Source of the DNA: Octopus vulgaris
Lineage: Eukaryota
Length of the DNA stretch: 64,000 bases
Assembly: GCA_951406725.2 (NCBI GenBank)
Contig: OX597814.1
Location: 176,700,001-176,764,000 of the forward strand
Direction: 5' to 3'
Positions 52,787 to 64,000 of the stretch are shown here, piece by piece (the stretch's first letter is position 1; each line of letters begins with the position of its first letter). Made by a program: the position numbers and the translations under genes. A model generated the notes under the pieces. The model was not told the DNA's origin. It did not search any database and saw nothing but the letters and a program-made list of their open reading frames with translations.

Positions 52787-53213
52787 CAAAACCAGATTAA
52801 GACCCATCAAGGCCCTAAGCACTTAAAAGATTTTAGTGCCCCTATAAAAGATTATGTAGTTCAAAATATAAACAATAACAAACCATAAAATAAATTTTTA
52901 TCCTTTCAAAACGAAACAAAACAGTAAGAGGGAAAATAATGTTTATTTTTGGATACTTCCACTTTATTTATATTTGAAAAGTTTTCTCCTACTTTTTTGA
53001 ATTGCAAAGTCTTTGATCAGATCCTCAAAATGAATCTTAGGTAACACATCTGCATCTATACTTAGTAGAGATAAAGGCATCCTGAATATTATTTTAGCAA
53101 GTTTAAAGGGATTTCTTTTGTGCCATAAACCATTTACCATTTCTGTGGTGCTCCCGCCTTCCCTTGATGCCCTAAGCACATGCTTATTTTGCTTAATGGT
53201 TAATCCAGCACTG
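52787..53213 (-). mobile_element. Non-autonomous hAT element with transposase C-terminal remnant
   Basis: 8-bp TSD cctatagt (52779-86, 53214-21); imperfect TIRs; LSLLSIDADVLPKIHFEDLIKDFAIQKSRRK resembles the hAT C-terminal dimerisation region. Confidence 0.85.
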
Positions 53214-53230
53214 CCTATAGTAGAAAGGAA

Positions 53231-53278
<48 letters not shown>

Positions 53279-53432
53279 GGCAGCAAAGGTGATGAGCTGG
53301 CAGAATCATTAGCACACCGTGTAAAATGCTCAGTGGCATTTCATCAGTCTTTACATCCTGAGATCAAATTCTGCTGAGGTCGACTTTGCTTTCATCTTTT
53401 CAGAGTCAATCAAATAAATACCAGTTGCATCA

Positions 53433-53764
53433 CCTTACTGGCACTTGTGCTGGTGGCACATGAAAAAACATTCGAGCAAGGTCGTTGCCAGTGCCGCTGG
53501 ACTGGCTCCTGTGCAGGTGGCACATAAAAAGCACCATTTGAGTGTGGTTGCTGCCAGTACCATCTGACTGGCCCTTGGGCGAGTGGCACGTAAAAGCATC
53601 CACTACACTCACAGAATGGTTGGTGTTAGGAAGGGCATCAAGCTGTAGAAACACTGCCAGATCAGACTGGAGCTTGGTGCAGCCTCCTGGCTTCCCAGAC
53701 CCTGGTTGAACCATCCAACTCATGCTAGCATGGAAAACGGACGTTAAACGATGATGATGATGAT
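53433..53764 (+). mobile_element. RTE 3'UTR/tail fragment (family E)
   Basis: Begins ccttactggcac, ends (GAT)n. Confidence 0.85.
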
Positions 53765-54180
53765 CATCATCATCATGTTTAAGATTTTCTCAACACATAT
53801 GAAACAGATCCTTCAATGACAACCATGTGTTATAATCTCAATAAAAAGAAGGATGACAGTAGAGGCCCGTAGTCACAAAACTCCCTGGAGTCATATAAAC
53901 AAGAAAATGAGTTGTGCGGTGCTTATGTCTGCAGCAAGGGATGGGATGTTGTATTGAAATACACCCGTACACCTATGTCAGCATATTAAAACAGGCATAA
54001 AATTATGATGATGACAACAGTGACGATGATAACAACAATGCTGTTGAAGATTTAGCTCTCTATAACTGTGCCATGTCCATTCTGCAGTAAAAACCATTTA
54101 TGATTTAGTAAATCAATATGAAGCCTTAGCATTTTTAAGGATTGTTGTAATTGGGCAGGCTCTAGTTGACTGAATGAATT

Positions 54181-54414
54181 GAGGCAGCGAGCTGGCAGAA
54201 ATGTTAGCACGCCGGGCGAAATGCTTAGCAGTATTTCATCTGCCATTACATTCTGAGTCCAAATTCTGCCGAGGTCGACTTTGTCTTTCATCCTTTCAGG
54301 GTCAATAAATTAAGTACTAGTTGCATACTGGGGTTGATGTAATCAACTTAATCTCTTTGTCTGTCCTTGTTTGTCCCCTCTATGTTTAGCCCCTTGTGAG
54401 CAGTAAAGAAATAA
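54181..54414 (+). mobile_element. Family A SINE (A1 tail)
   Basis: Full head-core-tail. Confidence 0.85.
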
Positions 54415-54527
54415 GAACACATGGTAAATACTTATTTAATCAACTCCAGTGTAAAGAAAAGCAAAATGGATGGACCCACAGAATTTAAACACTGGTTGTA
54501 GTAGTAGTAGAAACCACAATACTATAT

Positions 54528-54743
54528 GTGATGGGGTGCTGTAAAGTTCCTGGCTTTGGGTAAAAGAAAATACAGGAGAATCAGTTAATTATATTTTACT
54601 CAACATATTCTCCTCTCAGATTCATAAATGTATTGCAGTAGTCTTTGAGTTTTTCTAAGCCCTGTAAAAGAACTTGGAAAGCTGGGCCTTCAACCAGGCC
54701 TTTTGTGATACCCTTAAAACCAGGAGCTTTTCAGCAACTCCTT
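54528..54743. mobile_element. Mariner-type MITE
   Basis: TIR-like ggggtgctgtaaagttcctggcttt / aaaaccaggagcttttcagcaactcc; partial second copy at ~42500-42617. Confidence 0.7.
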
Positions 54744-55225
54744 GAAAAGTCTTTCATCCTTTTTTACACCCTTACAGTGACAACAATTAGAACCAAACAT
54801 TATTTGAGATTAACAGTCCTTTATAATTTCGACAGAAGATCAGCAATTATGAGGAGAAGGAAGTTGATTTCATCAATCCAGTACTCATTGGTACTTCTTT
54901 TATCAACCCTGAAAGGATGAAAGGCAAAGTTGAACTTGGCAGTGTTTGAAGTCAGAGCATGAAGAACTGGAAGAAATGTCACTTAGGATGTTATCCAGAG
55001 CAGTTATGATTCTGCCAGCTTGCCACCTTGCTTTTGGTTAATAATATTTAACATCATTGGTTAAAGTAATAACCAGTTGTATTGCGGAAATTCAATCAAC
55101 TATACAAAATGTGGTCTGGGACCTATTAAAAAATTGCTATTGATACACAACCATTTTGTGCACAGTAGGAATAAAATATAATTAACCTTTTGGTATTCGG
55201 TTTACTCTGTCAAATGTATTACTTA

Positions 55226-56026
55226 CGAAGGGGTACCCCAAAATAACAGGAAGCGTTCTCTGTGGGACAAATCCATTGTAGTTCAGCTTCCACCACTAGA
55301 AGCCACTTTGTTTTACAGTGCTTCTCCCCGGTTTGTTGATTTTTGCAATGGCTAAAACAAAAGAACAGCGTGCTTCTGTGAAATTCTGTTTTTTGCTAGG
55401 AAAAATGGCAGCTGAAACAGTTGTTGTGCTTCAAACAGCCTACAAGGATGCTGCTATAAACAAAACACTAGTTTATGAGTGGTTTCCATGAGGAATGGTC
55501 AGTTGTTGCTTGAAGACCAACCCTGTTCAGGCCAACTGTCAACCTTCTGAATGAATGAAAACATTATGAAAATTCACAAACTGATCTTGGAGGATTGTCA
55601 CCAAACTATTGATGAACTTGTTGATATGACTGGTGTGTCCTGGAGTTCCTGCCAATGAATTTTGACAGGAATTGAATGAAGAGAGTTACTGAAAAATTTG
55701 AGCCTCGCTTGCTCATGGAAGATCAAAAGCAGTCATGACTGAATGCGTGTTGTGAACTGAAAGAACAAACTTTTTCCGGACCTTTCTTTGAAGGTCATCA
55801 CTGGTGACAAAAGCTGGTGCTATGGAATTTGAAAAAAACAATGGAGGCATTAAAAGGCATCACTTCGTAAGAGTTCCAGCAACACTTCAAATAATGGAAA
55901 ACATGCCTGGACTGACACATTGCTTCAAATGGAGAATATCTTGAAGGCAAATAAAGTGTAAACATGTAGAACTAAGTAAATAAAATAATATTGCAAAATT
56001 CCGGTTTCTTTTGGGTACCCACCTCA
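55226..56026 (+). mobile_element. Internally deleted mariner transposon with both TIRs
   Basis: TA-cgaaggggtaccccaaaataacaggaa ... ttccggtttcttttgggtacccacctca-TA; EQRASVKFCFLLGK, VITGDKSWCYG and NGEYLEG motifs. Confidence 0.85.
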
Positions 56027-56084
56027 TATTTATTCACATTCTTTTGAATTAACTATCTCATAGCTTCAAGATTTCAATAGTAGG

Positions 56085-56748
56085 AAATGTACAGAAAACA
56101 GATTTTGCCAAATGCCAGGTGGGATACTTAGAAGTAGTTGATAGCTTCCATTATCTGGGTGACTAAGTCAGAAGTAGAGGTGAATGCTCTGAGGGCATAG
56201 CTGCTAGAATAAGAATAGGCTAGGCAAAGCTCAAAGAGTTTTTAGCTTTGTTGGTAAAAAAAGGTCTCTCCCTTGGAGTGAAAGGCAGAGGGTATGATGA
56301 ATGTGTGAGAACAGTCATGCTACATGACAGTAAAACATGCATTGTGACTGCAGAGGACATGCATAGGTTTGAAAGAAATGAGACTAGTATGCTTCACTGG
56401 ATATGCAATGTCAGTGTGTATGTACAACAGAGAGTAAGTGTCTTGAGAGAGAGATTGGGCATAAGAGGCATCAGGTGTGGTGTACAAGAGAGATAACTTC
56501 ACAGGTATGACCATGTGATGCATTTGGACAAGGACAGCTGTGTAAAGAGATGCTGATCTCTAAGTGTGGAGGGAACTTGTGGAAGAGGTAGACCCAAGAA
56601 GACATGGGATGAGGTGGTGAAGCATGATCTTTGAATGTTGGGTCTCATGGAAGCAATGACAAGTGATTGAAACCTTTGGTGATTTGCTGTGTTTGAGAAG
56701 ACTCGTCAAGCCAAGTGAAATCATAGTTGTGGCCAGTGCTGGTGTCTC
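56085..56748 (+). mobile_element. RTE LINE, RT C-terminus to start of 3'UTR, decayed
   Basis: LEVVDSFHYLGD, KGLSLGVKGR, RGRPKKTWDEVV; stops present. Confidence 0.85.
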
Positions 56749-56764
56749 CTCCTCCTCCTCCTTC

Positions 56765-57239
56765 TCCTTCTTCTTCTTCTTCCAATCAGGTCTCATGCCA
56801 TTAGCCACAAAGAATAATCTCTAATTTGAGCCTGCTCTAAGCTACTAAGAATGCATGTAGCAACTTGAAGATCCACCCACAACACACGGTAGACTGGCGG
56901 TTGCATGGGTGCGAAAGCTACGTTGTTATCCTCATAACAAATGGTGGCTTTTAATAGGTGGAGAGCTGGACCATCCTGGGGTAAAGAGGATTTGCAATCT
57001 AGACTAGGGTCTGAAAGCTTACCATACCATGGTTCCTCTGCTTTGTGGCAGAAGTAGGAAGAAAGAGCGAGAGAAAGTTGTGGAGAAAGAGTACAGTGCA
57101 CCCACCCCCCTGCCAGAGCCTTGTGGAGCTTAGGTGTTTTTTGCTCAATAAACACTCACAATGCCCAGTCTGGGAATTGAAACCGCGTTCTTACGACTGC
57201 AAGTCCACTGCCCTAGCCACTGGGCCATTGTGCCTCCAC
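56765..57239 (-). mobile_element. Family C-related SINE with a longer body and (GAA)n tail
   Basis: Minus head gtggaggcacaatggcccagtggctagggcagtggacttgcagtcg matches the 17202 head. Confidence 0.7.
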
Positions 57240-60200
57240 AGTGCTTGTGTTGCGTAAAAGGCACCTGTACTGGTGACATGTAAAAAACACTTGTGCTGGT
57301 GACATGTAAAAGGCACCTGTGCCAGTGAAACATAAAAGGCACTTGTACCGGTGACATGTAAAAGGCACCCACTACACTCTTGGAGTGGTTGGTGTTAGGA
57401 AGGGCATCCAGCCATAGAAACCAAGCCAAAGCAGATTGGAACCTAGTACAGCTCTCTTCCTTACCAGTTCCAGTCAAACTGTCGAACTCATGCCAGCATG
57501 GAAAATAGATGCTAAATTATGATAATTATGATGATTAATTAGTTTTACAATGACATTGTAAAGAAGGTGTGAGAGGCCAGATGTGGCCAGTTTGACTATA
57601 AAACAAGTAGAATATTTGAGCCTCATAAGGCTGGTTTTAAATGCTAAAAGATTAATTAAATCAACTCAAGTACTTGACTGCGCTGAGAAGTACTTTATTT
57701 TTTTTTCAATCCTGTAAGGATGAAAAGCAATGTTGATCTAGGTAGGATTTGAACTCAGAGCATAAAGAGCTAAAACTTAATATCACAAGGCATTTTATCC
57801 ACCATTCTACCAATAACAATTCTTCCAAACCATTGATCTCATAAAGGAATCAATATGGATCTGATCTTCATATAATAGTAATTCTTAACAGGCACAAGGC
57901 CAGATATTTTGGGGGTAAAATGAACATTCAATTATATTGACCCTCATACTTTATTTTGTCAACCTTGGGAAGATGAAAGGCAAACTTGACCTCTACAGTA
58001 TTTGACCTAAGAAAGTAAAGAGCCAGAACTAAATGTTACAAGGCATTTATTATCAGCTGCTCTAATGATTCTCCAAATTCATTGCCCTGCAAAAGAAATC
58101 AATATTAATCTACATACAACTAATAAGACTGTGAATCTTTCCTTTTATCAGCTTCAGTAGTTTCCTGGAGATCACAAAGATTTTAATAACTTCCGACAGC
58201 TTCATTCCCTCCTGTTGTGCCTAACTACACAGATGCTACCATTTGAAGTTCAGAGTATTTAAAACTCCACATCAAAGCATGAGAAGCTACTGTATCCCCC
58301 CTTATCATCATTTTGTTTTCCATAAAGTCAACCTGCCGAACCAGTTTCAGTTTTCTATAAGCAAATTGATTTCTGTTTGAATGGTACAAAGAATACACTG
58401 GTTATCTTGTATTTTAACTGCTGGAATTGAAAAATAACGATAGTAAACCTTCCTCCTTTACCCTCCTACTTCTTTCAGTATATATATATTATCGAGAGGG
58501 AGATAGAGAGAAAGAAGATAAGCAATGTAATTTAGGCCTTATTACTAATTAGTAATGTTTTTAAAAGAATTGCCTTTTTATATATTTTAATGGTGTTCAT
58601 CAATAGCGCAAATCTTGTTGATCAAGCCTTTCCATTCATTCAGAGATGTATTTAGTTCACTGATACGGGTTTTTTTTTTAATTGTTACAGCTCAAACACA
58701 AGCTGGGAATCAGCTTCAGGGTAGTAGTTCGACTTGCAAGAAATAACAGCCAAAGCACTTCCAAATCACTCTTGGCCGTCTTAAAATAAATGCATACATT
58801 GGATGATTGTAGTCCAGGGTAGATTATGCAAATAAACAAATAGTGAAAAAAAAACAAAAAAAAGGAAAGAAATATGGGATGGTAGAGGAAAGAACGTTTC
58901 TGGTTATAGGTTTCATCTATTAAAACCGTTCTGGGATAAAGCAACAACTAGATAACATGACGGAGGGATAAAGAAATATGTTTATTAGGAAGAAAAAACA
59001 AAACAATTAGAGAAAAAAGCCCCCCAAAAACAAGCAAAATTTCCTCTATTAATTTAGCCTGGAAGATGAAATGGTAAATAACTGGTGGTGGCCGTTCCAT
59101 AGAATGTCTTCAGCTACGGTTGAGGTACAAAGGAAGTCTGGGAAATTATTTTGATTTCCGATGTCTATTTTTTTTTTAATCTTTCTTATTTTTCGGGAAT
59201 GAGAAAATATTTCCTTTCAAGGAGTTTCTCTAGAATAAAAAAATTAGACATAATTTCCACACATAAAGATTTACAGAAACAAATGTCTAATTATAAATTT
59301 TAATTAGTGGAATCATTTCAGATTAATTTCGTTATTACTACTATTATTATTTTTTTACCTTTTTAGAAATAAGCATTGGGCTTGAGAGTCACAGTAAATT
59401 TAGTTTCACTTTCTGTATTCGGGATTACAATTTTGCCGGTTCTACTTGCTCGTTTCTTCAAATAATTAAGTACTGTACGAAGATCGATTACTTATACATC
59501 TCATTTCACCCCTGCGCATGCAAATTTATGAACTTGTGAATAAAATAAATTAAATGTTACAAATTAAGTAAAACGGAACAAATTTGACTTCTTCCCCATT
59601 GTTAATTAAGATCTACTATTTTATATACTTTATAATTTCAATTCGTGAATATATAACCATTAGAATAAAATAAGTATTTCACCTGCGATGATTAGAATAG
59701 ATTCCTTGACATTTTTGCGATTAAATATATCAATCAACGATTGATCAATCTCGATGATTTTAGGGTAGGAAATAAGCGCAAATGAAATGTATTGAAATAA
59801 ACCAGTTCAAGGGTAATAGAGATGAATTCCTAACAAATTTGCATTTGCGGTCAATGTAGCTATTTCGCTCCACGGACATTGCCGATATCTGTGCATAATG
59901 ACCCCACATTTATGCACACACACACACACTACCCCTCAGTAAAACCCATCGCCTTGACCTGCTAAAAACAGCATATAAAATTCTCTTGAATACTATCCGA
60001 CAGTGGTCTCTAAAAAAACGGGAAGACATATCGAATAATGTAGTCCCAGTAAGATAGTGTTTGAAAAAGAAAAAGAGAAAAAAATCTGAAAGATGAGATG
60101 GTCATTGCGGGAACGCCTTTGATCATAACTATCCTCGATTAGGACTAACCTGGAGCTAAACAACGAAAGTCATGTATTGCCGACACAGATACTCGGTAAA

Positions 60201-60468
60201 CAGAGCAAAAGGAAATCAATAAAATTGACATAAAGATATCTGCTTACATGTTTCCAGAAATAATTAATAGGTATTTAAAATACACAATGTATCAAATTAA
60301 ACAAATGAACTCATTGCAATCCCTAAATATACTGCTAGCTGGAAATACATTAATATTTTTCATTAAGCCTAATAGACTTAGGTGATAGTAAGAGCAGGGA
60401 AATATAACGAATTATATCCAACACCCACGAGACAAGACGGCGTGTATACATACATATTATACATACAT

Positions 60469-60501
<33 letters not shown>

Positions 60502-60678
60502 TATATATATGTGTGTGTGTGTATGTGTAGCATTTTGTTGTTTAATATAACAAAATATTCTTTCTTTACTCAATATGTAAAAAAATGTCTATTTCAATGA
60601 AGAATGTGCATATGTATGTATGTATGTGTGTATGTATGTATGTGTGTGTTTATGTGTGCATTAATCGTTAATCGTTTT

Positions 60679-60722
<44 letters not shown>

Positions 60723-61272
60723 TACGGGACTCAATAGAAACTAGAAATATAAAGTATTTTTAATACAACATAACTGAAAGGCTCCTAGTTCCAGTACTCT
60801 GAATTAAAATGTTTCCGATCATCAGCTGATAATCAGAGTCTGCCTTTCTTTTGAAATATTAACTGTTTGAATTTTTTTCATTTGAAATACGTATATATAT
60901 AAACATATTCGTCAAAATTTTTTCGTTCAGCATTGAATTAAAGTAGAAAATATTATGTAGTAATTTCAAACAGCATTCGAAGTCTATTTCTTTCATAATA
61001 TATACAAAGAAGCACCGGCTGGCTTCGGCTGCTGAATATTAAGAAGCAGTCAAGAGAGAAGTGGGTATATATATATAAATAGTATACATAGCAGTTCAGT
61101 TCCTGATTTGAATTTACACGCTTCTCTTTTGTTTTTAACTATGTACAGAGACCGTATTACTTCCAAAGCATAATTAATCTTTCAACTATCATTACAAAAC
61201 AAAGAAACGATAAAAAACACGTGGAGATTTTGCAAGGAATATCATAGTAAAATATCACATTCTTAATATCTT

Positions 61273-61343
61273 GCGCCGTTGGTGTAGGGGTATCATGCAA
61301 GATTCCCATTCTTGCGACCCGGGTTCGAGTCCCGGACGGCGCA
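61273..61343 (+). tRNA. tRNA-Gly(CCC): tRNA-Gly, anticodon CCC
   Basis: Acceptor GCGCCGT/ACGGCGC+A, anticodon arm CAAGA-TTCCCAT-TCTTG, T arm CCGGG-TTCGAGT-CCCGG; closely matches the vertebrate GCGCCG-type Gly-CCC tRNA. Confidence 0.96.
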
Positions 61344-61348
61344 TATTC

Positions 61349-61354
61349 TTTTTT
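61349..61354 (+). terminator. RNA Pol III oligo-T terminator
   Basis: T6 run 5 nt after the tRNA discriminator base. Confidence 0.8.
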
Positions 61355-62289
61355 GCTTGTTTTTTCAAAATCTTGAGTGTCCTACAATTATCCACGCCAC
61401 TTTTATTATTTATACCTTGTATGTCTGCTCCAGTTAGTCACTATTGTGACAATACTTATCTTTTATTCAGTGTTTCAATCCTATTTTAAGAAAGCAAAAT
61501 GTGTATTGAACAAAATTTGCTATTTTTAGCAGGTTGAGTAGCTGCATTAAGGTTTCTTCTATTCTGTTTTTCTTTCCTGCTTTTGTAATTTAGTAAATAA
61601 TACTTCAATTTTATAATTCGTTGTTGAATTTTGATATATTTCATTCATTGACAAGTAACTGAAAAAGAAGTATTACAACTAAAATTACAACAATAATGCT
61701 ATTTCATTTTCCTAAAGGTAAAATATTTTAAAAACTTTTTTAATTTTCTGTTTGATTTTGCAGGTATGAGACCAAAGGCAAAAAGAAAAAACAAAAAGAA
61801 AAAGAAACAAAAAAAATAAGAATGAAGGTTTTTGAATATTTAACCACATCATTAAAACAAACAGGTACCTCAGATGTACCAAACACTGTCCCATAGTACA
61901 ACGTCTGAGATATGAATGGAAATCCAAGTACAAAAGGATACTTTATTACATCATCAATTAAAGTTTGTTTTCCTTGCTGGCATGAGTTGGACGGTTCAGC
62001 AGGTGCTGAAGAGACAGAGAACTGCATCAAGTTCTAATGTCTGCCTTGGGCATGGTTTATGCAGTTGGATACACTTCCTGATGCGGGTTTCTTTACAGTG
62101 TGAACCGGGTGGTGTTTACCTGTACCAACACTAGTGAGGTTACCAAATAACTAGCAAGACAAGATACCCTCGACTGAGTGAGTGTGTGTGTGTGTGTGGT
62201 GTGGGGGGTTATATATAGGAAAGTGGCTTTATGCCAGGTGGTGAGGTACATAAAAGTCACTTTCTTTAAAGGAAGAAAAATTGTAGAAA

Positions 62290-62540
62290 TCATCATCATC
62301 ATCATCACTACCACCATCACCACCACCATCATCACCACCATCACCATCATCACCACCACCACCACCACCATCATCACATTCACCATCACCATCATCACCA
62401 CCACCACCACCACCATCACCATCACCATCATCATCATCATCACCATCATCACCACCACCACCACCATCACCATCATCATCATCATCATCATCACCATCAT
62501 CACCACCACCACCACCACCACCACCACCACCACCACCACT
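62290..62540. repeat. Mixed (CAC/CAT)n trinucleotide tract, ~250 bp
   Basis: Directly visible; gives poly-T/I, V/M and G/D pseudo-ORFs. Confidence 0.95.
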
Positions 62541-62544
62541 ATGA

Positions 62545-63885
62545 TTACATTTCAAAATGTCTGTCTTTTGCCTTGATCATGGCCTGCGAACAAGCATTCA
62601 CTGAGTTACATAAACACCATACCACCTCTTCATCCAACTTGACCTATGAACACAGAAAGACTGTCTTCAGATTTGACATACTTAAATAGGAGTGAGCAGA
62701 AACATTATGCTGTGACTGCAAAGACCCAGGCTGCTTCCTGCATCAGTTCCGCATAGCCCCTGCCCATTCAAAGTACCCCGGATCCCAGAACATTCCGCTG
62801 TGCTTGAGGAGACCTGTTGAGTCAAGTACATGAACATGAACGTTGAAATAAATATCAATGGAAATAGTAGTTGTGATGCCTGTGCCGGTGGCACATAAAA
62901 AGCACTATCCGAACGTGGCCGATGCCAGCGCCGCCCCGACTGGCTTCTGTGCCGGTGGCACATAAAAAGCACCATCCGAACGTGGCCAATGCCAGCGCCG
63001 CCCCGACTGGCTCCTGTGCCGGTGGCACATAAAAAGACCATCCGAACGTTGCCAGCTGGCTTCCGTGCCGCTGGCACGTTAAAAGCTCCAACCGATCGTG
63101 ACCGATGCCGGACCTCCCCTGGCACCTGTGCAGGTGGCACGTAAAAAGCACCCACTACACTCGCGGAGTGGTTGGCGTTGGGAAGGGCATCCAGCCGTAG
63201 AAACTCTGCCAGATCAGACTGGAGCCTGGAGCAGCCCCTGGCTTCCCAGACCCCGGTCGAACCGTCCAACCCGTGCTAGCGCGGAAAACAGACGTTAAAC
63301 GATGATGATGATGATGATGGACCAGATAGCAAAGTCCATGGAATTATGTATGGACTTGAGGGAAGCCATATCGCTGCCTTGTCCTAAAAAGCCACTGAAA
63401 TACTCTTTACAACATCTGTGTCAAATTGGATGTGTGGGCTGAAGCTCCTCTGTCTCAAGTGAAGATGTAATGGTCACCAAAGATTTCTGTGACTGAGGGT
63501 AACACTCTCTCATCGAACATTTTCACATAAACTTTACTGTTGGCCTTGATGCCAGCATCAATGAAGATCAAGGAGGACTTAAACTCATCAGATGCAACTG
63601 TGTCTCACACTGTAAGTGAAGCTGGCTTCTGACAGCATAAATGATTCCTACTACCTTTGGGCAAGGCCCCTGCATTACATTCATAAAGCCTGCCATTCTA
63701 CCTGTTGCTAACTGCCTCCACAGTGAAGATCTTGTTGGACAAGATTGACACTTTGTTAGTGGCAATCTTCATCTCAGCTAACATGGTTTTACCCCTGTCA
63801 AGCTGCTTCTTCTTGGAAGCTGCTGAAATTGTTTCTTGTATGCAGTTAGCTTTAAATCTTCTTTAAAAATCTTGTGCATTGACAA
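62545..63885 (-). mobile_element. Decayed Tc1/mariner-superfamily (maT-like) transposase, split by an RTE tail
   Basis: Minus: FIDAGIKANSKVYVKM, PSSP...MDFAIWS, then after the insertion AMIKAKDRHFEM*. Confidence 0.7.
62708..63318 (+). mobile_element. Young RTE 3'UTR (family E) with internal 67-bp tandem repeats
   Basis: CpG-rich repeated tgtgccggtggcacataaaaag units; (GAT)n tail. Confidence 0.85.
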
Positions 63886-63887
63886 TT

Positions 63888-64000
63888 TCGCAGGAGTGGC
63901 TGCATGGTAAGTAGCTTGCTTACCAACCACATGGTTCCGGGTTTAGTCCCACTGCATAGCACCTTGGGCAAGTGTCTTCTACTATAGCCTTGGGCTGATC
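63888..64000 (+). mobile_element. Family B SINE head, cut by window edge
   Basis: cgcaggagtggctgcatggtaagtagcttgcttaccaacc. Confidence 0.85.

Noticed and set aside
57253-57370. CRISPR-like array (also 29671-30520 and 62880-63150)
   Set aside because: Contiguous 26-67-bp tandem units of the RTE 3'UTR with no unique spacers, no cas genes, eukaryotic context.
59500-60250. snRNA gene downstream of octamer motifs
   Set aside because: No recognisable U-snRNA sequence; nearby sequence resembles an old repeat also seen near 18200.
60795-60840. Minus-strand hammerhead-like ctgatga-tcg-gaaac
   Set aside because: Stem II absent, or core mutated in the alternative register; stem I competes with the core. 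At most a dead relic.
62093-62576. ORFs rich in V/M, T/I or G/D (also 50863-51180)
   Set aside because: Frames of trinucleotide microsatellites.

Overview
AT-rich, repeat-dense eukaryotic DNA. The SINE and RTE repeat families match my recollection of Octopus (coleoid cephalopod) repeats; this taxonomic call is an inference. Almost every ORF in the supplied track is a translation of a repeat or microsatellite. Genes I can support: (1) the 5' end of a spliced minus-strand protein-coding gene (exon 1 CDS 21381-21435, exon 2 20410-20503, possible 33-nt microexon 18648-18680) resembling MCRIP/FAM195, with an NRF1-like site and initiator in a CpG-retaining domain; its remaining exons were not found in the window; (2) an intact tRNA-Gly(CCC) at 61273-61343. 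The rest is nested mobile DNA: at least four tRNA-derived SINE families, about 20 RTE 3'-end fragments with (GAT)n tails, RTE, CR1 and Penelope remnants, mariner/Tc1/hAT relics, TTAA and TA MITEs, and two inverted 454-bp solo LTRs. Most notable unexplained structure: a minimal type I hammerhead ribozyme motif (30745-30788), a degenerate HDV-like ribozyme fold at an RTE-like 5' end (12304-12381), SINE concatemers with a base-exact recurrent junction, a LINE with a twin-priming-type 5' inversion, and long foldback hairpins. No prokaryote-type system such as CRISPR is present.
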